The notes under the pieces are model-generated. The model saw nothing but the letters and a program-made list of their open reading frames with translations, was not told the origin of the DNA and did not search any database. The position numbers and the translations under genes are program-made. From an uncultured Methanosarcinales archaeon (GTDB lineage Archaea > Nanobdellota > Nanobdellia > Woesearchaeales > CAZPJY01), in NCBI GenBank assembly GCA_964587045.1, contig CAZPJY010000003.1, positions 2,079-65,672 of the forward strand: a stretch of DNA of 63,594 nucleotides, in the 5' to 3' direction. Positions 56,002-63,594 of the stretch are shown here, piece by piece. How positions within the stretch are numbered: the stretch's first letter is position 1; the number at the start of each line of letters is the position of its first letter.

Positions 56002-56388
56002 CCTCTTCTCCTTCCTGACGAATATCTCGATGTCCCGCAGCACGCGGAGAATCGCCCTCCTGAACGCGTGCTTGGAAGTGCCGCCGTCCTCGTTCCTGGC
56101 AAAGACCTTCAGGCCAATCTGGAACACGATGGAAAGCGCCTTTCTGGCGCTGGTGGAGTCAGGCCTTATCACGATCTCGATCTTCTTGCCGAAAAAGTTG
56201 TCCTTCTCATCCACCCACAGGTAATAGAACTCCATGGGCGTGCCGCGGTTCCTGATGCCGGACTTGACAGCAGAATGCGAGCCTATCACCCCGTTGTCCT
56301 TGAGGATTATCCGGATCTTGTGCGTGACGAAGCGCACGATGGCCCCGCGGTCCAGCTCGTGGACCATCTCCTCGAACTCTTGGGTCAT
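55993..56388 (-). CDS. hypothetical protein
   Basis: 131-aa ORF convergent with uvrC (9-nt overlap). No motif recognised. Confidence 0.45.
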   Translation of the reverse strand: MTQEFEEMVHELDRGAIVRFVTHKIRIILKDNGVIGSHSAVKSGIRNRGTPMEFYYLWVDEKDNFFGKKIEIVIRPDSTSARKALSIVFQIGLKVFARNEDGGTSKHAFRRAILRVLRDIEIFVRKEKRSL

Positions 56389-56439
56389 GCTACCCCGAGG
56401 GAGGCCAAAATAGATAAACCTTTTGCAAATTGCGACAGC

Positions 56440-57651
56440 CTAGGCTTTTTTCTCTATTTCAGAAAGGATGTCCTTGACGAACTCGTCTTGGGAAACGACG
56501 TTGACCTTGCGCTCACCGCGTTTCCTTACGGCAACCGAGCCGCTCTTTTCCTCCTTGTCACCTATCACGACCATGTAGGGGATCTTATCCTCGACGAACT
56601 TCATCACCTTGTTGTTCATGGTCGCTGAGTCGAAGTCGGTCTCGACCCTCACGCCCAGCCCGACCAGCTTCTCGACCAGCTTCTCGCAGGACGCGGTGTT
56701 CCTGTCCGTGAAGTTCACGACCTTTACCTGTACCGGCGAGAGCCACAGGGGCAGCTTGCCTTGGGTCTTCTCGAGCAAATAAGCAATGGTCCTCTCGATG
56801 CATCCTATCGAGGAGCGGTGGATCACCATGGGCGTGTGGTCCTTTCCGTCCTCACCCATGTAGGTGAGCTGGAAGCGTCCGGGAAGAGCGAAATCGAGCT
56901 GTATGGTAATCAGCGTGTCCTCCTTGCCGTAGATATTCTTGTACTGGATGTCGAGCTTGGGCCCGTAGAAGGCGGCCTCGTCAGGGGCCTCGGCGTAGTT
57001 GACCTTGATCTTGTCAAGTATCTTCTTCATGGTCGCCTGGGATTCGTTCCACGCTTTGGGGTTGTCGATGTATTTATCCTTGTTCTTAGGGTCCCATTTC
57101 GAGAAACGGTACCATACCTGGTCTATCTTGAATACCTTCATGATGCGCTCGACCTGGTGCAGGACCCGTTCGAATTCGCCCTCAAGCTGGTCAAAGGCGC
57201 AGATGATGTGTGCGTCCGCCAGCGTGAACTGCCTGATCCTAGTCAAGCCCATCAGTTCGCCCCTCTGCTCGTTCCTGAACAGGTTCGCCATCTCAGCGTA
57301 CCTCTTCGGCAGCTCCTTGTAGCTTCTGGTCCTGCTCTTGAATATCATGAAGTGGAACGGACATGTCATGGGACGCAGCGCGAAAGTCTCGTTGCCGACC
57401 TTCAAAACGAACATGGACTCCCTGTAGTGGTCCCAGTGCCCCGATATCTTGTACAGGTCGTTCTTTGCAAGGACAGGCGTTGAGGTGTACTCGTACCCCT
57501 GCTTTAGCTCCTCATCGGTGATGTACCTCTCGATTATCCTCCTCAGGGTTGCGCCCTTGGGAGTGAACAGCGGAAGTCCTGAACCTATGTCTTTTTGGAA
57601 GATGTAGAGGTCGAGCTCCTGGCCTATTTCCTGGTGGCTTTTCATTTCCAT
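56440..57651 (-). CDS. thrS: threonyl-tRNA synthetase, catalytic plus anticodon-binding domains only
   Basis: HQEIGQELDLY..., FTPKGATLRR, ISGHWDHYRESMF, FRNEQRGEL.GLTRIRQFT, and a C-terminal anticodon-binding fold. 403 aa. No N-terminal editing domain. Confidence 0.85.
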   Translation of the reverse strand: MEMKSHQEIGQELDLYIFQKDIGSGLPLFTPKGATLRRIIERYITDEELKQGYEYTSTPVLAKNDLYKISGHWDHYRESMFVLKVGNETFALRPMTCPFHFMIFKSRTRSYKELPKRYAEMANLFRNEQRGELMGLTRIRQFTLADAHIICAFDQLEGEFERVLHQVERIMKVFKIDQVWYRFSKWDPKNKDKYIDNPKAWNESQATMKKILDKIKVNYAEAPDEAAFYGPKLDIQYKNIYGKEDTLITIQLDFALPGRFQLTYMGEDGKDHTPMVIHRSSIGCIERTIAYLLEKTQGKLPLWLSPVQVKVVNFTDRNTASCEKLVEKLVGLGVRVETDFDSATMNNKVMKFVEDKIPYMVVIGDKEEKSGSVAVRKRGERKVNVVSQDEFVKDILSEIEKKA

Positions 57652-57732
57652 GGCACCCGTCTTAAGCCTGGAATTATTTAAATATTTGTATTATCGGTGG
57701 TTTTAAATATCCCGATACAGACAATTCAAAGC

Positions 57733-58551
57733 ATGGACGCTGAATCCCTCTATCTGCGGCTCGAGAAGGATTTCATCCGGCAAGGGATGAGCGACGACTG
57801 GTCGGCTCAAACTGACCAGGTCAAAGACCTCCTCTCCGAAAACTTCCGAACCAGGTATATGGGGCTTGTGTGCGACTTTGCCGAGAGGGTCAGCAAGGTG
57901 TACACAGCGGTCTTTCCCGAACAGGAAATTATGGACACGATACTTGACAGCAACGGACGCGACGCGATGCTCTTCCTTCACCATCCAGCAGTTTGGAACA
58001 TATCAAGCGGTCCATGGCTGCAGATGGCCCGCGACCGCCTGACGCGACTGAGGGGTCGGGGAATCTCCCTGTACTGCCTGCACGCCCCCCTTGACCATTT
58101 CAGCCGGTATTCGACCAGCTTTTGCCTTGCGCAAGCGCTAGGCGCAACAGACATCATAAAGCTCGGCGACTTCGGCGTCACAGGCACCACTGGCTGCAGA
58201 ACCGTTGATGAGCTCCGAAGCAAGCTGGGGGATGCAGTCGGCCACCGGACCAGCCTGCATGCCTACGGGCCAGAACGCATCAAGCGTCTCGCCCTAGTCG
58301 CAGGCGGGGCAAATGACCCTGAAACCATGGAAAGCATCCCGAAGGAAAGCGTCCTGGTCACGGGCATCACGGTCGAGAACGACTACTCAGCCAGAGCCCA
58401 CGAAATCGCGCGGGAGAGGAGGATCAGCTTACTGGGCGCAACGCACTACTCGACCGAAAAGTTCGCCTGCATTGAGATGTGCAATTACTTTGCCAAGCTC
58501 GGCCTCCCCTCCGAGTTCGTACCGGGGAAGCCCTGCCTACAAGACCTTTAA
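57733..58551 (+). CDS. NIF3 (YbgI/GTP cyclohydrolase 1 type 2) family dinuclear-metal protein
   Basis: MLFLHHPAVWN, LYCLHAPLD and LLGATHYSTE motifs. ATG 57733 follows TATTTAAATATTTG and TTTTAAATATCC boxes. Confidence 0.7.
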   Translation: MDAESLYLRLEKDFIRQGMSDDWSAQTDQVKDLLSENFRTRYMGLVCDFAERVSKVYTAVFPEQEIMDTILDSNGRDAMLFLHHPAVWNISSGPWLQMARDRLTRLRGRGISLYCLHAPLDHFSRYSTSFCLAQALGATDIIKLGDFGVTGTTGCRTVDELRSKLGDAVGHRTSLHAYGPERIKRLALVAGGANDPETMESIPKESVLVTGITVENDYSARAHEIARERRISLLGATHYSTEKFACIEMCNYFAKLGLPSEFVPGKPCLQDL

Positions 58552-58602
58552 CCAAAATGTTTAAGTATTTGCTGAATACAAAAAGCACAGGGGTGGATCG
58601 AC

Positions 58603-59166
58603 ATGGAAGGAAAAAAATTCGACTGGTTCTCCTTTACAACAACCGATTTGGTCATCATCGCGATTATTGCTGCCGTTTTCGGCGTGATTGGGGTTTACAA
58701 TCAGCTCATCACCAATCTCTTGATAATCCCTTTCGGGTTCTACGGCGGCATGATAGTGGGAGGGCTTTTCCAGACTCCGGGCATAATGGCTTATGCCATC
58801 ATGAAAAAGAAAGGCGCATCCTTTGTGACCCAAAACCTCTTCGGCATCGCGCAGCTGCTATTCGGAAACCCCTTCGGATTCCTCCTCCTGCTTTTTACCT
58901 TCTCCCAAAGCCTGGGCCAGGAACTCACCTTCTTTTGCTCCAAATACAAACGGGCAGGTGATTGGAAGATGTGGGCTTTAGCCGGTGCTGTGAGCTGGAT
59001 CTTTGCACAAGTCCCAAACTACGCACTATACGGCTTCGGGGACATGGCATGGTGGAGCTGGCTCATCCCGCTCATCGTCGTGGGAATACCCAGTTCAATC
59101 CTTTTCCCGACTCTCCTTACGAAAGCCGTGCTAAAGATTGTCCCTGCGCGCTTCATCAGCAAATAA
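58603..59166 (+). CDS. ECF transporter substrate-specific (S) component, YkoE-like
   Basis: 187 aa, about 6 TM helices. First gene of an S / fused-ATPase / T operon (ykoEDC-like order). Substrate not inferable. Confidence 0.55.
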   Translation: MEGKKFDWFSFTTTDLVIIAIIAAVFGVIGVYNQLITNLLIIPFGFYGGMIVGGLFQTPGIMAYAIMKKKGASFVTQNLFGIAQLLFGNPFGFLLLLFTFSQSLGQELTFFCSKYKRAGDWKMWALAGAVSWIFAQVPNYALYGFGDMAWWSWLIPLIVVGIPSSILFPTLLTKAVLKIVPARFISK

Positions 59167-59169
59167 ACC

Positions 59170-60801
59170 TTGTTGAAGAGATTGGAACCGGCCATCAATG
59201 TACAGGGACTCTCATTTGGGTATTCGGAGGAGGCCATACTGAAAGGCATATCCCTTCAGGTGGAGCCGCACGAGTTCGTATTGGTGCTTGGACCTAGCGG
59301 GTGCGGCAAGAGCACCCTCGCCATGTGCCTGAACGGACTCATCCCAAACCTCATCAAGGGAGAGTTCTTTGGAAGCGTGCGCATCAACGGCAGGGACATC
59401 TCCCAGCACTTCGACAAGACAATCGGCACCCAGGTAGGCATCCTCTTCCAGGACCCGGACTCGCAGATTTCCAACCTACGCGTACGCGACGAGATTGCCT
59501 TCGGCTGCGAAAACCTCCTGCTGCCAGCATCGAAAACCGCCGAAAGAGTGGAAAGCTACGCAGGAATGCTCGGGCTCTCCGGACTCCAGGAATCCCTGTG
59601 CCGCGAGCTCTCCTACGGGCAGCGGCAGAGGGTAGCGCTGGCCTCAATCCTGGCAATGGAACCCCACACCCTAATCCTGGACGAGCCACTCTCCAACCTG
59701 GACTGCCAGGGCACCAAGGAATTCATAAGCTTTCTCGGGAGACTGAAGGCCGAAGGGAAATCGACGGTCGTGCTGATCGAGCACAAGATTGACGAAATCC
59801 TGCACCTGCTCGACAGGGTGGTCGTCATCGACGAGGGCAAGGTCCTTCTCGACGGCACACCCGATGCGGTGTTCTGCGAGCACTCGCGGCTCCTACTCGA
59901 GGAGAAGGGCGTGTGGATTCCGCAGCTTGCAGAATTCCTGCTGCACACAGATGACCTCCCAGTGCTGCCGCCGCGCATCGGCCCCGTGTACGAGGCGTTG
60001 AGAGCAAGGTACACCTTCACTTCCCAACCTGTTCCGAAAAAGGAAATCAAAGAGAGCCTGATCAGCCTGAAAGGCGTGACAGCAGGGTACGTCAAGGGCC
60101 GCGACATCCTGCGAGGCATAAGCCTCAGCTTCGGGAGGGGGGAGGCTATCGCTGTCGTCGGGCCAAACGGCTCAGGCAAGACGACCCTTGGAAAGCTTCT
60201 GGTGGGCCTCCTAAAGCCGTCAGGCGGAAAGCTGGTAATGGGATGCTCGGCTGGTTACATGTTCCAAAACAGCGACGCCCAGTTCCTCAAGTTCAGAGTG
60301 AGCGAGGAGTTGGATGACGCACTTGGAGGCCAGTCATCCCCTGAGCTGGTTGAGGAAACCCTTTCCCGCCACGGTCTGGCCAGGCTAGGGAATAGCAACC
60401 CCTTGGATCTGAGCCTCGGAGAAAAAAAGAGGCTTGTGCTAGCCACCTTCGATCCAAGTCCCGTCGACCTGCTCATCCTCGATGAGCCGACCATGGGGCT
60501 GGACTTCAGGGGGATGAGCCAGCTGATGGAGCTCCTGGAAAGGAAAAAAGGACAAGGAACCACCATGATAGTCATCACCCATGAGATGCGCTTCCTCACG
60601 AACTTTGTGGACAGGACAATAGTGATCGACGACGGCCTGGTAGTCGCCGACCTTTCCCCTCAGGAGCTGTTCTCATCGCCGGAACTACTGGCGCGTCTCT
60701 CGCTTAGTGAGCCTCCGGTCGTGGCGCTCGCACGCAGGCTCGGACTAGAACCGGTCCCTCTCACGCCAAAGGACCTAGCAGGATGCATGAGGCTACGATG
60801 A
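59170..60801 (+). CDS. ECF transporter fused double ATPase (EcfA1-EcfA2, YkoD-like)
   Basis: Two ABC cassettes: GPSGCGKST / LSYGQRQRVALA / LILDEP and GPNGSGKTT / LSLGEKKRLVLA / LILDEP. TTG start. Confidence 0.85.
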   Translation: MLKRLEPAINVQGLSFGYSEEAILKGISLQVEPHEFVLVLGPSGCGKSTLAMCLNGLIPNLIKGEFFGSVRINGRDISQHFDKTIGTQVGILFQDPDSQISNLRVRDEIAFGCENLLLPASKTAERVESYAGMLGLSGLQESLCRELSYGQRQRVALASILAMEPHTLILDEPLSNLDCQGTKEFISFLGRLKAEGKSTVVLIEHKIDEILHLLDRVVVIDEGKVLLDGTPDAVFCEHSRLLLEEKGVWIPQLAEFLLHTDDLPVLPPRIGPVYEALRARYTFTSQPVPKKEIKESLISLKGVTAGYVKGRDILRGISLSFGRGEAIAVVGPNGSGKTTLGKLLVGLLKPSGGKLVMGCSAGYMFQNSDAQFLKFRVSEELDDALGGQSSPELVEETLSRHGLARLGNSNPLDLSLGEKKRLVLATFDPSPVDLLILDEPTMGLDFRGMSQLMELLERKKGQGTTMIVITHEMRFLTNFVDRTIVIDDGLVVADLSPQELFSSPELLARLSLSEPPVVALARRLGLEPVPLTPKDLAGCMRLR

Positions 60802-61577
60802 ATGATATACTGATCTCATACCACAGGAGGGATTCATTCTTCCACGGGCTAGACCCTATCTCAAAGCTAGTTTGGGCTGTGTGCATTGTCACAATTTCGC
60901 TCCTGATCACGCAGAGCGTACCGCAGCTGGCCCTCGCGCTATTGGTCATCATCCTCGCACGTGTTGGCGCGCGGATACCCTTCAGCACGCTGTCCTTCTT
61001 CATCCGGGTGTTTCTCCTCTTCTCTGTCGGATTTTTCGTCCTTCAGCTCTTCGTGACCGAAGGGAATACCCTTCTGTTCAACTTGATGGGACTGCCTATC
61101 ACTCTCGAGGCGCTCAACCACGCAACCAACATCGCCGCCAGGATGTGGGTCTTCATCGGAGTCACAGTCATCTTCATCGACAGCACTGATCCCCAGGACT
61201 TTGCGGTCTCCCTGACCCAGAAGCTGAAGCTGCACTATATTGGCGCGTTCCTAATCTTCTTCGTCCTGAACTTCATGAACCTCTTCCAAAAAGACTATGA
61301 GGAAATGCGCAGCGCATACATCCTGAGGAAAGGACGCAAATTGGGTGGCTTTTTACAACGCCTGAAGGAACAGCAGCACTATATCTCCTTCCTCATTTAC
61401 AAGGGCCTGAGAACTGGCTTGAACCTTTCGCTTTCACTCGAGAGCCGGGCCTTCCGGGCTTACAAGGGACGGACTTTTGCCAGGAAAATCATTATACCAC
61501 TGAGAGGGAAGGTCCTCGCCGCGGCCTCGGTCGTAGCGGTAGCCGCAACCATCGCCTACCCGCTCTTCACTGGATGA
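60783..61577 (+). CDS. ecfT: ECF transporter transmembrane (T) component
   Basis: 264 aa, multi-TM. C-terminal coupling-helix region LSLSLESRAFRAYKGRT. Overlaps the ATPase gene by 19 nt. Confidence 0.75.
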   Translation: MHEATMNDILISYHRRDSFFHGLDPISKLVWAVCIVTISLLITQSVPQLALALLVIILARVGARIPFSTLSFFIRVFLLFSVGFFVLQLFVTEGNTLLFNLMGLPITLEALNHATNIAARMWVFIGVTVIFIDSTDPQDFAVSLTQKLKLHYIGAFLIFFVLNFMNLFQKDYEEMRSAYILRKGRKLGGFLQRLKEQQHYISFLIYKGLRTGLNLSLSLESRAFRAYKGRTFARKIIIPLRGKVLAAASVVAVAATIAYPLFTG

Positions 61578-61620
61578 CAGCACCACAAAGGTTATAAGTA
61601 CAGTCAGGATACACCCCCTT

Positions 61621-62400
61621 ATGGGAGTGGAAAAAGCGTATCTGGTTGTGCTCATTGTCCTATTTTTAGGAATTGCCGGCTGCGCCCCTCAGGCAATCGA
61701 AACCCCTCCTGCACAGCAGGTCCAAAATGACGCTTTGCCGATGACAGTCAGGTTCGCCCACTCAACCGACGCCTTCTACAACGTCCAGGCTGAGTACCCG
61801 CAGTTCCCGAACGCCGACGCAGCCTTCAACGCAGAGGTCTCAAGCTTCGTCGAGGACGCGATAACATCGTTCAAGAGCGACGCCAAGGCCAACTACGAGG
61901 CCAGGGTCGCGACATCCAACGGCACCCTGCCCGCGACGCCCACGGCCCCGTTCGACTTCGTGGCGACGTGGGAACCTGTCCAGCTGAACGACATGTACCT
62001 CAGCTTCTCAGTCAGCGTCTACTACTTCACTGGCGGGGCGCACGGCGCAAACGAGGTGCGCACCTACAACTACGACATGCAGGGGCAGCACCAGATAAGC
62101 ATCCAGGACTTCCTGGGCTCCCAGGACGCCTTCAGCACCTTGGCCAACCTAAGCGCGCAGAAGGTAGCGTCCATGATGGAGTCCAACGGCGCGACGGTCG
62201 AGGGTTTCCTGCAGGAGATGATCGACTCAGGCACCGCGCCCACGGCAGACAACTACAAGGAGTTCACCTTCAACTACAACACACTGACCATCCACTTCCA
62301 GCAGTACCAGGTCGCGCCAGGATACTTTGGACCTGTAACAATCACGTTGAGTAAAAACGAGCTGGAAAGCGCGGGGATATATTCTGAGTACTTTTCCTAG
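61621..62400 (+). CDS. lipoprotein with DUF3298/DUF4163-type domain
   Basis: Signal peptide with lipobox LGIAGC. YYFTGGAHGANEVRTYNYD is the DUF3298 GGAH signature. Confidence 0.65.
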   Translation: MGVEKAYLVVLIVLFLGIAGCAPQAIETPPAQQVQNDALPMTVRFAHSTDAFYNVQAEYPQFPNADAAFNAEVSSFVEDAITSFKSDAKANYEARVATSNGTLPATPTAPFDFVATWEPVQLNDMYLSFSVSVYYFTGGAHGANEVRTYNYDMQGQHQISIQDFLGSQDAFSTLANLSAQKVASMMESNGATVEGFLQEMIDSGTAPTADNYKEFTFNYNTLTIHFQQYQVAPGYFGPVTITLSKNELESAGIYSEYFS

Positions 62401-63594
62401 CTTTCGCTTATTATTATATCGGCCGTTATCCTGCCCGAATCATAGATGGTAGGCAGGCCGCTTCCAGGGTGCGTACCGCCACCCACCAGATAGAGTCCTT
62501 CCGAGAGCTTGTTGTGTGGCCTGAAATAGAGCATCTGCGTCAGCGTGTGCGCCAGGTTGAAGGTCGCGCCTAGGAAGACGTTGTACTTTTTCTCCCAGTC
62601 TTCCGGGGTTATCATCATTTCCGTCACGATGTGCTTTTCGACATCGAACCCCACTCTCTCAGAAATCTTGCTTATCACCTTGTCCCTGAATTTTTTCTTA
62701 ATGCTGCCCCACCTTATGCCTGACTTGTTGTTTGGCACAGGCACGAGGATGTAGATGCCGGACATGCCCTCAGGCGCAAGCGTCGGGTCTGTTGCAGATG
62801 CGTTCCGCACGTAGAAGGATATGTCCTCATTCATCCTCTTTTCCATGAAGATGGAATCCACGAAGTTCTTATAGTCGTTGGAGAAGAATATGGTATGGTG
62901 CTCCAGGTCGACCTCCCTGTCGATTCCGAGGTAGAGCATGAATGTTGAGCATGAGAATTTCTTGGCAGACAAGTCTTTTTTCTTTAGCAGCTTCTTCATC
63001 GCGTATCCTACGTCTGCGTTGACTATTATCTTGTCAGCTTTTACCACTTTTCCGCTCTTCAGAGTGATGGCTCCCCTCCCAACATCTTTGACCTCGGTAT
63101 TGAGATGAATCCTGCCGCCTTTCTTTCGCACTACCCCAGCCATTGCCTCGGATATCTCAGAGAGCCCTCCCTTTACATGCTGTATCCCGAAGTTGTGCTC
63201 TATGTAGGGGATTATCATGAATGCTGCCGGGCAGTGCCAAGGGGACATGCCGAGGTACTTGGACTGGAAGGTGAATGCCATCTTGAGGTCTTCGTCATCG
63301 AAGTACTTGCCCAGCTCGGTGTGCATTGAGTTTGGAAACGAAAGTTTAGGGATGAATCTCATCAGATGGCTGTTGAACAGCATGTAGAATCTGCTGTAAT
63401 TCTTCTGAAGGCAGGGGTACGCAACATCAAACCTCGCTTTCTCCCTAATCAGGAGCTTGTCGAAACCCTTCTCCTCGCCTGGGAAGATTGATTTTATCTC
63501 ACCCCTCATCTTCTTATGGTCACGGCTCATCCTTAGTGACTTCTCCCTGAACACGAGGTGGTACATGGGGTCGAGGTCGTAGAAGGTAAGATAA
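62397..63594 (-). CDS. crtI: phytoene desaturase (CrtI) family FAD oxidoreductase, N-terminus beyond window end
   Basis: FTFQSKYLGMSPW, IQHVKGGLSEISEAM and VGGGTHPGSGLPTIYDSGRI are typical of CrtI. The frame stays open upstream of the Met at 63566 to the window edge (..YLTFYDLDPMYH), and the GxGxxG domain is missing here. Confidence 0.8.
   Translation of the reverse strand, partial: YLTFYDLDPMYHLVFREKSLRMSRDHKKMRGEIKSIFPGEEKGFDKLLIREKARFDVAYPCLQKNYSRFYMLFNSHLMRFIPKLSFPNSMHTELGKYFDDEDLKMAFTFQSKYLGMSPWHCPAAFMIIPYIEHNFGIQHVKGGLSEISEAMAGVVRKKGGRIHLNTEVKDVGRGAITLKSGKVVKADKIIVNADVGYAMKKLLKKKDLSAKKFSCSTFMLYLGIDREVDLEHHTIFFSNDYKNFVDSIFMEKRMNEDISFYVRNASATDPTLAPEGMSGIYILVPVPNNKSGIRWGSIKKKFRDKVISKISERVGFDVEKHIVTEMMITPEDWEKKYNVFLGATFNLAHTLTQMLYFRPHNKLSEGLYLVGGGTHPGSGLPTIYDSGRITADIIISES

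Noticed and set aside
58552-58602. Possible TPP riboswitch upstream of the ykoE-like ECF S-component (contains CTGA...GGGGTGG).
   Set aside because: Only about 50 nt of leader is available, and the conserved TPP aptamer helices and CUGAGA/ACCUGAUCUGGAUAAUGCCAGCG-type elements are absent.

Overview
Archaeal chromosome segment, about 55-65% G+C by hand counts on sample lines. The archaeal assignment rests on an rpoH-B''-B'-A'-A''-rpl30e-nusA-rps12-rps7 operon, an aIF6-prefoldin alpha-ftsY cluster, aIF1A, TFS, tRNA-Tyr with a C1-G72 pair, and BHB-type tRNA introns. Most genes sit about 25-30 nt downstream of a TATTTAAA-like box, which suggests leaderless mRNAs. The rest is housekeeping and envelope genes: scpA, corA, rad50, prs, nmd3-like, signal peptidases, uvrA, uvrC, thrS, a ykoEDC-like ECF transporter, carotenoid-type oxidoreductases, and several lipobox or membrane proteins. 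Six tRNA genes are present and three carry introns; one intron lies in the T-loop. No rRNA, CRISPR array, integrase or transposase was recognised. Main points of interest: (1) hel308 is split into two ORFs 29 kb apart on opposite strands, and the arrangement and junction sequences fit a single inversion. (2) An AT-rich island of about 2.9 kb (51.57-54.44 kb) lies between a lipoprotein gene and uvrC. It carries a minimal nucleotidyltransferase, a P-loop kinase-like gene, two paralogous small membrane genes and a perfect 477-bp tandem duplication of a small gene cassette flanked by 30-nt direct repeats. (3) Three tRNA introns look unusual: a T-loop intron, an apparent C33, and shared K-turn-like boxes. 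(4) An AT-rich free-standing LAGLIDADG gene overlaps tRNA-Gly. (5) Several genes show fission or domain loss: Dph2 without domain 1, ThrRS catalytic core only, UvrC without an HhH tail, and Rad50 without Mre11. This pattern suggests a reduced-genome (possibly DPANN-like) archaeon, but that lineage call is inference only. All calls rest on reading the sequence and ORF track, with no database searches.
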